The notes beneath the pieces are model-generated. The model saw nothing but the letters and a program-made list of their open reading frames with translations. It did not search any database and was not told the origin of the DNA. Below are positions 9,393 to 18,903 of a stretch of DNA of 32,000 nt, piece by piece; position 1 is the stretch's first letter, and the number at the start of each line of letters is the position of its first letter. Made by a program: the position numbers and the translations under genes. The DNA comes from Nonlabens ponticola (GTDB taxonomy: Bacteria; Bacteroidota; Bacteroidia; Flavobacteriales; Flavobacteriaceae). The DNA is taken from assembly GCF_003966335.1 (NCBI RefSeq), contig NZ_CP034549.1, positions 2,760,001 to 2,792,000 on the forward strand, written 5' to 3'.

Positions 9393-9764
9393 ATGGTTAA
9401 AGAAAATGTTTCTACCGATGCACTCATTACGCAGATCATTGCTGGTATTGAAGATGTCAAGGGAAATGAAATTACCATCCTCGACCTAAGAGATATTGAT
9501 AACACGGTTACTAGTTACTTCATTATTTGTAGCGGTACCTCAAACACTCAGGTCAACGCGATTGTCAACTCTGTACAACGCAAGGTAAGCAAGGAATTAC
9601 AGGAAAACGCCTGGCACGTTGAAGGTGCACAGCAGGCAGAATGGGTCCTTATGGATTATGTGGATGTGGTCGTTCACGTTTTTCAAAAACAGACCCGAGA
9701 ATATTATGACCTAGAAGGATTATGGGGCGACGCCAAGGTATCGACTATTGAATCCACTTATTAA
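9393..9764 (+). CDS. rsfS: Ribosome silencing factor RsfS (iojap family)
   Basis: 123 aa. The motifs DYFIICSGTSNTQV-like and WVLMDYVDVVVHVF are typical of RsfS. It lies upstream of ftsH, as in many bacteria. Confidence 0.9.
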   Translation: MVKENVSTDALITQIIAGIEDVKGNEITILDLRDIDNTVTSYFIICSGTSNTQVNAIVNSVQRKVSKELQENAWHVEGAQQAEWVLMDYVDVVVHVFQKQTREYYDLEGLWGDAKVSTIESTY

Positions 9765-9778
9765 TACAGCACAACAGC

Positions 9779-11803
9779 ATGTCTCAAGATAAAAAAAACA
9801 CCACCAAAAAGGCTCCTAAAAAATCTGGATCACCTATGAACCAGAAGCCAAAATTTAGCATCTGGTGGATTGCGGTACCAATTTTATTGGTCTTTCTAGG
9901 CTACAATTTTGTAACCAGTCAACTTACCGCACCCAAAACGACAACGCCTAATGAATTCTTTGAGTATCTAGAAGATGGTGAAGTAAGCAAGGTAGTGGTA
10001 GTCAAGAATCGCAGTATTGCGAGAGTATTCTTGACCGAAGAAGCCATAAAACTTCAAAAGCATAGCAAGTCACAAAAAGATGGTGTGCTAGGTAATTCAG
10101 AAGTACCACAGTATAGTGTTGAATACGGTGACCTGGAACTATTTGAAAAGCGTATTAATGAGATCATTCAAGAACGTAATCTAGAAACCACGCTCAAATT
10201 TGATGCAGAAGATGATGGGTTATGGAATCTACTATTAAGCATTCTACCATTTGTTCTCATTATCGGAATATGGATATTCCTCATGCGCAGAATGTCTGGC
10301 GGCGGCGCTGGCGGCGCAGGTGGACAAATTTTTAATATTGGTAAGTCTAAGGCTAAGCTTTTTGACCAGAAAACAGATATTAAGACGACATTTAAGGATG
10401 TTGCAGGTCTAGAAGGAGCTAAGGAAGAAGTTCAAGAGATCGTGGACTTCCTAAAAAATCCAGAAAAATATACAAGTCTAGGTGGTAAAATACCGAAAGG
10501 TGCATTACTTATTGGGTCGCCTGGAACTGGTAAAACTTTATTGGCTAAAGCGGTTGCCGGTGAGGCAAAGGTTCCTTTCTTTTCTTTGAGTGGTTCTGAC
10601 TTTGTAGAGATGTTTGTGGGTGTAGGTGCGAGCCGTGTAAGAGATTTGTTTAAACAGGCAAAAGAGAAAAGCCCAGCGATCATCTTTATTGATGAGATCG
10701 ATGCTATAGGGCGAGCGCGTGGAAAAAGTAATTTCTCCGGTTCTAACGACGAGCGTGAGAATACCTTGAATCAATTATTGACTGAGATGGATGGTTTTGG
10801 GACTAATACCAATGTAATCGTATTAGCCGCTACCAACCGTGCTGATATTCTTGACAAGGCACTGATGCGTGCTGGTCGATTTGATCGACAGATCTATGTC
10901 GATCTTCCAGATGTAAGAGAACGTGAAGAAATTTTTGAAGTACACTTACGCCCAATCAAGAAAGTAGATGACGGACTTAATACCGAATTTCTAGCAAAGC
11001 AAACTCCAGGTTTCTCTGGTGCTGATATTGCAAATGTTTGTAATGAGGCAGCACTGATAGCCGCCAGAAAAGGTAAAAAAGCAGTAGATCGCCAGGATTT
11101 TCTTGATGCAGTAGATCGCATTGTTGGCGGACTAGAAAAGAAGAATAAACTTATCACACCATCAGAGAAGAAAACTATTGCTTATCACGAGGCTGGTCAC
11201 GCCACGGTAAGCTGGATGACAGAACATGCAGCGCCCTTAATTAAAGTTACAATTGTGCCACGTGGACAATCTTTAGGTGCAGCATGGTACTTACCAGAAG
11301 AACGTCAAATAGTACGTCCAGAGCAAATGCTCGATGAGATGTGTGCTACCATGGGCGGTCGTGCAGCAGAGAAAGTGATTTTTGATAACATATCGACAGG
11401 AGCTTTGAGTGATCTTGAAAAAGTCACAAAACAAGCTAAAGCAATGGTAACGATCTATGGTCTTAACGAGAAAGTAGGTAACATCACCTACTATGATTCT
11501 AGTGGACAGCAGGAATACAGCATGACCAAGCCTTACAGTGAGTCAACTGCAGAGATTATTGATCAAGAAATTTCAAAAATCATTGAGGAGCAATATCAAC
11601 GAGCGATCAAGATCCTATCTGATAACAAGGATAAGTTGACTGAGTTAGCTGAGTTGCTTCTTGATAAAGAAGTAATTTTTAAAGATGACCTTGAAAAGAT
11701 TTTTGGCAAACGTGCCTTTGTTAAAGAAGAGCCTATCGCACTTAAATCATCAAGTAGATCTATGTTGAATGGTTCGACTACTAGCAAAGAGGAAGAAGAA
11801 TAA
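9779..11803 (+). CDS. ftsH: ATP-dependent zinc metalloprotease FtsH
   Basis: Walker A GSPGTGKT, Walker B IIFIDEID, second region of homology, and HEAGH zinc motif. It has two N-terminal TM segments. Confidence 0.97.
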   Translation: MSQDKKNTTKKAPKKSGSPMNQKPKFSIWWIAVPILLVFLGYNFVTSQLTAPKTTTPNEFFEYLEDGEVSKVVVVKNRSIARVFLTEEAIKLQKHSKSQKDGVLGNSEVPQYSVEYGDLELFEKRINEIIQERNLETTLKFDAEDDGLWNLLLSILPFVLIIGIWIFLMRRMSGGGAGGAGGQIFNIGKSKAKLFDQKTDIKTTFKDVAGLEGAKEEVQEIVDFLKNPEKYTSLGGKIPKGALLIGSPGTGKTLLAKAVAGEAKVPFFSLSGSDFVEMFVGVGASRVRDLFKQAKEKSPAIIFIDEIDAIGRARGKSNFSGSNDERENTLNQLLTEMDGFGTNTNVIVLAATNRADILDKALMRAGRFDRQIYVDLPDVREREEIFEVHLRPIKKVDDGLNTEFLAKQTPGFSGADIANVCNEAALIAARKGKKAVDRQDFLDAVDRIVGGLEKKNKLITPSEKKTIAYHEAGHATVSWMTEHAAPLIKVTIVPRGQSLGAAWYLPEERQIVRPEQMLDEMCATMGGRAAEKVIFDNISTGALSDLEKVTKQAKAMVTIYGLNEKVGNITYYDSSGQQEYSMTKPYSESTAEIIDQEISKIIEEQYQRAIKILSDNKDKLTELAELLLDKEVIFKDDLEKIFGKRAFVKEEPIALKSSSRSMLNGSTTSKEEEE

Positions 11804-11871
11804 AGCTTGTTTGTCATCATGTAAATAAGTACCTATATTTACATTGACCCCTTAAATGATTGCCTTAGGCG

Positions 11872-12495
11872 ATGAGCATATTCAAGAAACTGTTTAATAA
11901 ATCTACTGATTCTGAATCTCAAAGCGGAAAGGCTAAAGGTCGTTCCAAATACATGCCTGAGGAAAAGTTGCCGCTAGACGAGCAGTTTATCCACAACTTT
12001 ACCCAGCAAGGTGGTAGATTCTTATATGCGGTTGATGAGAATCAATTGCAGGATCATTTTGAGGATATCCTAGTAGAACATGACTTCTTTGAGACTGACG
12101 TTTTTTGTTATGACGATCAATTGAAAGATCGGTTCAATCAATTTAATTTGACTTTCAACAACAACAACGTTAATAGTAGTTTCTTTTTATCGACCTGTGA
12201 ATATGTCATTGCTGATAACGGTGCTATTCTATTTTCTTCCAATCAAATTAAGGAGAGTAAACCTGCACAGCTGCCTGAAACCTTTGTGGTAATTGCTAGC
12301 ACAAGTCAAATAGTTGAATCTATTGGCGAAGGATTGCGTGGCATTAAAATTAAAAGCAAAGAAACTATACCAACGAATATTACTACCCTTAAAAACTTTC
12401 AAGATAAGTCCCTTAAAAAAGCCAAAGAAAAAGAGCTTATGAACTACGGTGTTCCTAATAAGCGACTTTATTTACTATTACTTGAGGATTTATAG
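11872..12495 (+). CDS. LUD-domain (LutC/YkgG-like) protein
   Basis: 207-aa ORF. The position between ftsH and cdsA and the C-terminal segment (VIADNGAILFSS...TFVVIASTSQIV) resemble LUD-domain proteins of Flavobacteriia. Confidence 0.55.
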   Translation: MSIFKKLFNKSTDSESQSGKAKGRSKYMPEEKLPLDEQFIHNFTQQGGRFLYAVDENQLQDHFEDILVEHDFFETDVFCYDDQLKDRFNQFNLTFNNNNVNSSFFLSTCEYVIADNGAILFSSNQIKESKPAQLPETFVVIASTSQIVESIGEGLRGIKIKSKETIPTNITTLKNFQDKSLKKAKEKELMNYGVPNKRLYLLLLEDL

Positions 12496-12497
12496 GC

Positions 12498-13334
12498 ATG
12501 AGAGAATTATTAGTAAGATCCATATCTGGGATATTATATGTCTCTCTTGTTGTGCTAAGCGCACTGTACTCTAGAGAGGTTTTTATTTTTCTATTTTGCC
12601 TTTTTGCCTTTATCTGTTTACTGGAGCTTATGCCTATGATAAGATTAAAGCAATGGCTTATACTACCATTACTACCTATTGCTTACTATTTTATAGTATG
12701 GCAAGGCGTACCTACCTATGGTATTTATGCATTGCTGGCAGCTACTCTTTTGGTAAATATTTATTTGATTCGTGATCTTATTCTTGTAGATCGTATTGCG
12801 TTGTTCAATACTAAAAAGCATGTGATAGCACTCTTGTACCTTATAGGATCAAGTTTGTTCCTGGCATTAATTCCTGATATTGTAGAGACACCTGATGGCA
12901 TATCATCTTTCAAACCGCAATTACTCATAGGAATTTTTGCCATCATCTGGACCAATGACAGTTTTGCTTATGTATCTGGTAGATTATTTGGTAAACACAA
13001 ACTCATGAAGCGCATCAGTCCTAAAAAGACTATAGAAGGTTTTGTAGGCGGCCTTGTAATGGCTATCGTCATGGGAATAGCGTTACACTTCTATCTAGAT
13101 TCTATTAATTTGAATGACTACAGTTTGACGGAATGGGCGATCATAGCTTTTGTAGTGGCATTCTTTGGAACTATAGGAGATCTAATCCAGTCAAAGATTA
13201 AGCGTCAGGCAGCTGTAAAAGATAGCGGTAGCATCATGCCAGGTCATGGTGGCATATTTGATCGTATGGACAGTATTATATTTGCTGCACCATTTGCTTA
13301 TCTAACTTTTTTAATCATCAACCATGTTTCATAA
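12498..13334 (+). CDS. cdsA: Phosphatidate cytidylyltransferase
   Basis: Multi-TM protein with the CdsA signature SKIKRQAAVKDSGSIMPGHGGIFDRMDS. Confidence 0.92.
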   Translation: MRELLVRSISGILYVSLVVLSALYSREVFIFLFCLFAFICLLELMPMIRLKQWLILPLLPIAYYFIVWQGVPTYGIYALLAATLLVNIYLIRDLILVDRIALFNTKKHVIALLYLIGSSLFLALIPDIVETPDGISSFKPQLLIGIFAIIWTNDSFAYVSGRLFGKHKLMKRISPKKTIEGFVGGLVMAIVMGIALHFYLDSINLNDYSLTEWAIIAFVVAFFGTIGDLIQSKIKRQAAVKDSGSIMPGHGGIFDRMDSIIFAAPFAYLTFLIINHVS

Positions 13335-13983
13335 AGAAGGTATTGTATCCATTGCTATTGCTGTATCAGTCGCTGCTATATTGTCGATCGTTGCGTTCAC
13401 CGTAGAAATGCCAGTATGGACGCAGATACTTTTGCTGCTTTTAGCCGCATTTGTGTTGATTATCATCCTTCAATTTTTCAGAAACCCGTCAAGGAAAACG
13501 ATTCTTGATGATACGACTATTGTCTCACCTGTCGATGGAAAAGTTGTGGTCATAGAAAAAGTTACTGAAAATGAATACTTCAAGGACGAGCGCATAATGA
13601 TATCCGTTTTTATGTCTCCACTCAATGTTCATGTGACGCGATACCCAGTAGGCGGTAAAGTTGCCTACAGTAAATATCATCCCGGAAAATACCTGGTGGC
13701 ATGGCATCCTAAAGCTAGCGAAGAAAACGAGCGCACAACCGTAGTCATTAACCATAAAAATACAGCCCAAATTCTGTATCGTCAGATCGCAGGCGCGCTA
13801 GCCAAACGGATAGTAAACTATGCAACCCAAGACGATTCAATCGTACAAGGAGCTGATAGCGGATTCATAAAATTTGGATCTAGAGTAGATGTGTATTTAC
13901 CGCTGGATGCTATCATTACTGTAGAGCTCAATCAAAAACTCAAAGGTGGTGAATCTATCTTAGCCAAATTCACGGATGAGTGA
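13324..13983 (+). CDS. psd: Phosphatidylserine decarboxylase family proenzyme
   Basis: 219 aa with N-terminal TM helices and FGSRVD (the G-S self-cleavage site) near the C-terminus. It overlaps the cdsA 3' end by 11 nt. Confidence 0.88.
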   Translation: MFHKEGIVSIAIAVSVAAILSIVAFTVEMPVWTQILLLLLAAFVLIIILQFFRNPSRKTILDDTTIVSPVDGKVVVIEKVTENEYFKDERIMISVFMSPLNVHVTRYPVGGKVAYSKYHPGKYLVAWHPKASEENERTTVVINHKNTAQILYRQIAGALAKRIVNYATQDDSIVQGADSGFIKFGSRVDVYLPLDAIITVELNQKLKGGESILAKFTDE

Positions 13984-14254
13984 CGACAAGCTAGATATAG
14001 CTTTTAATGAAGCCGTCGAGAAAGCTTCAAAGGAAGAACAATCTGATGTTCCTCTAGAACTACAATTGCATTTATACGCATACTATAAGCGAGTGATCAA
14101 CGAGCCGTACGTAAACAACAAGTCTTTTCAAACCAATGACCTGAGAGCTGGTTTCAAGATGAATGCATTGATACAAGTGCAACGCATAAGCAAGACTGAA
14201 GCCAAGAAACGCTACATCGAGATCATTGAATCATTATATCCACGACCGTGGTAA
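13976..14254 (+). CDS. Acyl-CoA-binding protein (ACBP-like)
   Basis: 92 aa, which is ACBP size, with a helix pattern (FNEAVEKA..., LHLYAYYKR, ...EAKKRYIEIIESL) resembling ACBP. It overlaps the psd stop by 8 nt. Confidence 0.6.
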   Translation: MSDDKLDIAFNEAVEKASKEEQSDVPLELQLHLYAYYKRVINEPYVNNKSFQTNDLRAGFKMNALIQVQRISKTEAKKRYIEIIESLYPRPW

Positions 14255-14273
14255 GAGTCAGATTTTGAAACTT

Positions 14274-14363
14274 CTATTTCTTGCGCATCACATAGATCGC
14301 AAGGCTAATCAAACAGACCATCAACGCCCCAAAAATGATTGCTATTAAAGTAAATGGATTCAT
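14274..14363 (-). CDS. Candidate 29-aa single-TM peptide (MNPFTLIAIIFGALMVCLISLAIYVMRKK)
   Basis: My own translation. ATG at 14361-14363 lies 4 nt after the valS stop. It has a hydrophobic helix followed by a basic RKK tail and a TAG stop at 14274-14276. It is too short for the supplied track. Confidence 0.3.
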   Translation of the reverse strand: MNPFTLIAIIFGALMVCLISLAIYVMRKK

Positions 14364-14367
14364 TTGC

Positions 14368-17001
14368 TTATGATTTGAGTGCAGCTATGCTAGTTTCCAG
14401 AGTTTCAATTTTGGCTAAAGCATCTGCCTGTTTTTTCTTTTCCATAGCTACCACTTGATCTGGAGCGCCTGCCATAAATCGCTCATTACCTAGCTTCTTC
14501 TCTACACTTTTTAGGAAGCCTTGAGCTCTAGTGAGTTCAGCAGTTAGTTTTTCAACTTCTGCGACAGTATCTATAGTTCCTTCTAGTGGTATAAAATACT
14601 CGCTAGATTTTACACGATAACTGGCAGCAGCAGCGACCTGTTCAAAAACTAACTCAATATTTTCAACATTACCCATTTTCATAATAAGCTCGTCATAGTC
14701 TGATGAGAGCTTCTCATTATTGATCACCTTAAGTTCAATGGTGTCTTTAAAACTTATCTGTTTCTCCTTACGCACCTTGCGCACGCCTGCAATTACCTCT
14801 TGCACTAATTCAAAGTCAGATAATATCTCATCTTCTACATTTCCTTGCTTTGGCCACGTATCGACACACAGTGACTCCTGAGGCTGCCTGTTGGAAATAG
14901 TTTGCCATATCTCTTCGCTAATAAAGGGTGTAAATGGATGGATCAACCTCAAGTTATCTTCAAATAACGCGATAACCTGAGCCATCGTTTGAGCGTCGAT
15001 AGGTTGTTGATAGGCTGGTTTAACAATCTCCAGCAACCAGCCGCAAAAGTCATCCCATATCAATTTATAACTTGTCATGAGCACATCGCTTATACGATAC
15101 TTTGAATAGTGACCCTCTATTTGCTCAAGAGCCTGAGAAAACCTGTTGCGATACCACTGTATACCTTGTTTAGCGTACAATGGCTGCTCTAACTTCTTAT
15201 CAACTTCCCAGCCTTGAGTAAGCCTAAAGGCATTCCACATTTTATTGACAAAATTCTTCCCTTGTTGGCATAAATCCTCATCAAACATCAAATCGTTACC
15301 AGCCGCGCTACTTAGCAATAAACCAACTCGTACGCCATCAGCGCCATATTCTTCAATTAACTTGAGTGCATCTGGCGAGTTACCCAAGGATTTTGACATC
15401 TTACGGCGTTGTTTATCACGCACCAGACCTGTTAAATACACCTTATCAAAGGGTTTCTCGTCGCGTAATTCATATCCGGCTACAATCATACGAGCCACCC
15501 AAAAAAACAAAATATCTGGTCCTGTAACTAGATCTCGGGTTGGGTAATAGTATTTGATCTCTTCATTCTCAGGCTCCAACACTCCATTGAAAACACTTAT
15601 AGGCCATAACCAGCTAGAGAACCATGTGTCCAGAACATCACTCTCTTGACGCAGATCATTTGCTGTTAGGGTATGGTTATTAGTTTGCTTTCGCGAAAGC
15701 GTAACAGCCTCATCAACACTGGCTGCAACGACAAAGTCTTCCTTACCATCGCCATAGAAATAGGCAGGAATACGCTGACCCCAAACCAGCTGGCGTGATA
15801 TATTCCAGTCACGCACGTTCTCCATCCAATGGAAGTATGTGCTCTTGAATTTAGATGGTAATAGCTCTACTATATCCTCGCGCACTGCATTAATAGCAGG
15901 TTTTGCGAGCTCTTCCATTTTTAAAAACCATTGATCAGAAAGTCGTGGCTCAATCACGGCGCCAGTACGCTCGCTGGTTCCTACTTTATGAACATGATTT
16001 TCTTTTTTGATGAGATAGCCTTTATCTTCTAATTCGGCTGCAATGTTCTTGCGCACTTCAAAGCGATCTTGACCTTGATAATGCAGGCCGAAACTATTGA
16101 GTGTCGCATCGTCATTAAAAATATCAATGACTTCTAGTGAGTGCTTCTCTCCTATTTTTTTATCATTCTCGTCATGTGCTGGCGTGATCTTGAGTGCTCC
16201 TGTACCAAATTCCATATCGACATACTCGTCTGCAATTACAGGAATCTCACGATCTATTATAGGAACCATTACTGATTTACCAACGAGGTGTGTATATCGA
16301 GTATCATCTGGATGAACGCAAATCGCCGTATCGCCTAGAATAGTCTCTGGACGCGTGGTCGCAATGGTGAGTTTCTCGCTGCTACCTTTTACCTGATATT
16401 GCAAATGATAGAGATGACCGTTGCGCTCTTGATAAATGACTTCTTCATCACTCAAGGTGGTTTTGGCTTCTGGATCCCAATTGACCATGCGGTAACCACG
16501 GTAGATTTGTCCTTTAAGATAAAGATCAATGAAAACCTTGATTACACTAGCAGACATGTCGTCGTCTAGCGTGAATTTTGTACGCGACCAGTCACAGCTG
16601 GCTCCCAATTTCTTAAGTTGCTCTAGAATAACGCCACCGTATTCATGCGTCCATTCCCATGCGTGCTCGAGAAATTCCTCTCGGGTCAAGTCATTCTTGT
16701 TGATACCTTGATCCTTGAGTTTTTTAACAACCTTTGCTTCTGTGGCGATGGATGCGTGATCAGTTCCAGGAACCCAACACGCATTATAACCTTTAAGTCT
16801 AGCACGTCGTATCAATACGTCCTGAATAGTATTATTAAGCATGTGCCCCATATGCAACACGCCGGTAACATTAGGTGGTGGAATCACGATGGTATAACTT
16901 TCTCGATTATCGGGCAACGACTTGAAAAAGTCGTGATCCATCCAGTATTGGTACCACTTATCTTCCGCTGCTTTAGAATCGTATTTTGATGCTATGGACA
17001 T
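14368..17001 (-). CDS. valS: Valine--tRNA ligase
   Basis: HIGH motif (PNVTGVLHMGH), KMSKS motif, DVLDTWFSS, and a C-terminal coiled coil. The track start at 17010 is GTG; ATG at 16999-17001 (MSIASKYDSK...) is the likelier start. It contains palindrome copy 4 (TLSRKQ). Confidence 0.97.
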   Translation of the reverse strand: MSIASKYDSKAAEDKWYQYWMDHDFFKSLPDNRESYTIVIPPPNVTGVLHMGHMLNNTIQDVLIRRARLKGYNACWVPGTDHASIATEAKVVKKLKDQGINKNDLTREEFLEHAWEWTHEYGGVILEQLKKLGASCDWSRTKFTLDDDMSASVIKVFIDLYLKGQIYRGYRMVNWDPEAKTTLSDEEVIYQERNGHLYHLQYQVKGSSEKLTIATTRPETILGDTAICVHPDDTRYTHLVGKSVMVPIIDREIPVIADEYVDMEFGTGALKITPAHDENDKKIGEKHSLEVIDIFNDDATLNSFGLHYQGQDRFEVRKNIAAELEDKGYLIKKENHVHKVGTSERTGAVIEPRLSDQWFLKMEELAKPAINAVREDIVELLPSKFKSTYFHWMENVRDWNISRQLVWGQRIPAYFYGDGKEDFVVAASVDEAVTLSRKQTNNHTLTANDLRQESDVLDTWFSSWLWPISVFNGVLEPENEEIKYYYPTRDLVTGPDILFFWVARMIVAGYELRDEKPFDKVYLTGLVRDKQRRKMSKSLGNSPDALKLIEEYGADGVRVGLLLSSAAGNDLMFDEDLCQQGKNFVNKMWNAFRLTQGWEVDKKLEQPLYAKQGIQWYRNRFSQALEQIEGHYSKYRISDVLMTSYKLIWDDFCGWLLEIVKPAYQQPIDAQTMAQVIALFEDNLRLIHPFTPFISEEIWQTISNRQPQESLCVDTWPKQGNVEDEILSDFELVQEVIAGVRKVRKEKQISFKDTIELKVINNEKLSSDYDELIMKMGNVENIELVFEQVAAAASYRVKSSEYFIPLEGTIDTVAEVEKLTAELTRAQGFLKSVEKKLGNERFMAGAPDQVVAMEKKKQADALAKIETLETSIAALKS
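15687..15704. repeat. Palindrome family copy 4: GCTTTCGCGAAAGC-GTAA (perfect 14-bp core at 15687-15700)
   Basis: Read directly from the sequence. It lies inside valS (minus strand) and is read as TLSRKQ. Confidence 0.95.
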
Positions 17002-17030
17002 GTTGCTCACTTAGGTTGACATTTAATCTA

Positions 17031-17038
17031 CAAAAGTA
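17031..17038 (-). promoter_or_regulatory. -7 box TACTTTTG (minus strand) upstream of valS
   Basis: Exact TAnnTTTG on the minus strand, 29 nt before the valS ATG at 17001. Confidence 0.45.
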
Positions 17039-17089
17039 CTTATATCCGCAATTCTAGGCAGCATCGTGAAGTGGTTAAAGAAGAATTGC

Positions 17090-17097
17090 TAACTTTG
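17090..17097 (+). promoter_or_regulatory. -7 box TAACTTTG, 4 nt upstream of the DUF1573 gene ATG
   Basis: TAACTTTG followed by AATC and then ATG (17102). Confidence 0.45.
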
Positions 17098-17101
17098 AAT
17101 C

Positions 17102-17503
17102 ATGTATTTAAATCTAAAATACCTAATTATCATAGTGGTCTGTTTAAGCGGTACCCAATCAATGACGGCTCAAAATAAGGTTTCTGATGAATTGACAACA
17201 ATAGTCTTTGAGCAAAAAACCATCGACTACGGTACCATAGAAAAAGGTAGTGATGGAGAACGTGAATTTATCTTCACTAATACTGGAGAGCACGATTTCA
17301 TTCTTAAGAATATATTCTCTTCCTGCAATTGTGATGTCATTTCAAAACCAGAGGAACCTATTGCTCCTGGAACCAAAGGAAAAATACTCGTGATTTATGA
17401 CACAAAAAAGGTCGGACCTATTGTAAAAACAATGACGATAATGGGTAATATCAAAGAAAAAGTGATCGCTTTAAAGCTAACCGGTGTAGTAAAAGAAGGT
17501 TAA
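17102..17503 (+). CDS. DUF1573-domain secreted protein
   Basis: 133 aa with a signal peptide and the DUF1573-type core FEQKTIDYGTIEKGSDGEREFIFTNTGEHDFIL. Confidence 0.8.
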   Translation: MYLNLKYLIIIVVCLSGTQSMTAQNKVSDELTTIVFEQKTIDYGTIEKGSDGEREFIFTNTGEHDFILKNIFSSCNCDVISKPEEPIAPGTKGKILVIYDTKKVGPIVKTMTIMGNIKEKVIALKLTGVVKEG

Positions 17504-18831
17504 TCGATTACTGGTACTAGTTTGAGAGTGAATTTCTTCTCTCTCTCGCCTCGCTTTACTTTAATTTTTAATCGGGAATAGGGATTTTTGAAAAACTGTG
17601 ATGCTACATTATTGAGTGTCAAATTGGCTTTGGCAATACTGTTTACTCTCACAATTTCATCACCTACTTTAATACCAGCTTTATCCGCAGGTGAATCTTT
17701 ACGTACGGATTGTATAAATAAACTAGGCACCCATTTGTAATTTACGGTTTTACTAGTATTGACGGTTTTTTGACCTCTCAAAGTACCATAAGCGGTGTTA
17801 ACGTCGTCATTGCGACCATCGTCATAATAAGTAAATAACTCTGTATCACCAGCTCTTATTTCAATACCCGCCATATTGTAGAAGAAACCAGCGGCAAATT
17901 CTTCATTGGGCTGCAATTGTACTCTTTTATTTCTATAATCTATAGATAGATTAAATCGACTCAATATCTCACCACCTATTGAGCCCGATAGAATTTGAGT
18001 ACTGTTATTTGAAGTCGTTGAATCCTGATCTGGAAAAGAGACAGTCACCTTGTTCAACTCAATATTGCCTAGCAGGAGTTTCTCAATTTTTGAGCGCCTT
18101 CCAGTAACCCTGCCGTTTAATCCTATGCCTAGAAAATCATCAAAGCCTTTTTCAGGCAACATAAAGTCATCCTCGTCATCTTGAAAAACCCATAGTGCAT
18201 CGCTACTACCAGTGTCAATTAAAATCCTTACCGGATGAATAATACCTGCCGTCACCACTTTTCCATTGATATAGGGTTTATCATTTTCCAGCTCAATGAT
18301 TGCCTCGACACGTCTAGACCGTTTTACTCTGCGCATAGAACTGTTTTTATAGACAGTAATCATAGCATTTAGATAGTCTATATTGACGAGCGCATTCTCA
18401 AAGAAATCTTTACCTAGCAATCCATTAACTTCAACGCCCAGCGTGGGCAGCAAATTAAGTTGTTGATCAACCGTAATGAAAAGACTAGCGGTGCGGTTTG
18501 CATACCCATTAATATTGATGCGATTATTATCGCTATAGTATGCGTCGATAGGCTCTTGATTACCGTAACCCGAAATTTTAAGGGTCTTCCCTGGATTGAC
18601 ATTTAATGAGTCTATGCCATTAAAATTAAAAATCACAGATTTATTAGCTCCGGTATCGAGGATAAAGTCCATACCTACACCATTAACTTCCACGGGTAAA
18701 ATAATGAGGTTATAAACCGATTGAAATGGTATCTCAATCTTATCGACGCCTTCTGGAAAAGAAAAACCTTTTTGGGCATTGATTGATAATGCACTTAACA
18801 TAAAAAGTAAAATCAACCACAACAATCTCAT
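17500..18831 (-). CDS. Secreted retropepsin-like aspartyl protease (two DTG lobes) with a C-terminal PDZ domain
   Basis: Two catalytic-type motifs (FILDTGANKS and LIDTGSSDAL) and a C-terminal PDZ-like segment (GIKVGDEIVRVNS). I prefer the start at ATG 18829-18831 (MRLLWLILLFMLSALSINAQ, a clean signal peptide). The track start at 18849 is also an ATG. Confidence 0.75.
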   Translation of the reverse strand: MRLLWLILLFMLSALSINAQKGFSFPEGVDKIEIPFQSVYNLIILPVEVNGVGMDFILDTGANKSVIFNFNGIDSLNVNPGKTLKISGYGNQEPIDAYYSDNNRININGYANRTASLFITVDQQLNLLPTLGVEVNGLLGKDFFENALVNIDYLNAMITVYKNSSMRRVKRSRRVEAIIELENDKPYINGKVVTAGIIHPVRILIDTGSSDALWVFQDDEDDFMLPEKGFDDFLGIGLNGRVTGRRSKIEKLLLGNIELNKVTVSFPDQDSTTSNNSTQILSGSIGGEILSRFNLSIDYRNKRVQLQPNEEFAAGFFYNMAGIEIRAGDTELFTYYDDGRNDDVNTAYGTLRGQKTVNTSKTVNYKWVPSLFIQSVRKDSPADKAGIKVGDEIVRVNSIAKANLTLNNVASQFFKNPYSRLKIKVKRGEREKKFTLKLVPVID

Positions 18832-18877
18832 GTTATAAATATACCTCATCTACCTTGAGCGTCTTTTAATCACTTAG

Positions 18878-18885
18878 TACCTTTG
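18878..18885 (+). promoter_or_regulatory. -7 box TACCTTTG upstream of the aminotransferase gene
   Basis: Exact TAnnTTTG, 18 nt before ATG 18904. Confidence 0.45.
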
Positions 18886-18903
18886 CACTGCAAAATCAAT
18901 TCC

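Noticed and set aside
10298-10325. Locally GC-rich GGCGGCGGCGCTGGCGGCGCAGGTGGA tract in ftsH.
   Set aside because: It encodes the Gly/Ala-rich linker ([11 protein letters not shown]) between the FtsH TM region and the AAA domain. It is a codon-driven composition effect, not a separate element.
11820-11843. Inverted repeat TGTAAATA-N8-TATTTACA after ftsH, considered as a possible terminator.
   Set aside because: The 8-bp stem is almost entirely A/T (a single G-C pair), and it is not followed by a T-tract. It is too weak to call as an intrinsic terminator and may be chance in AT-rich intergenic DNA.
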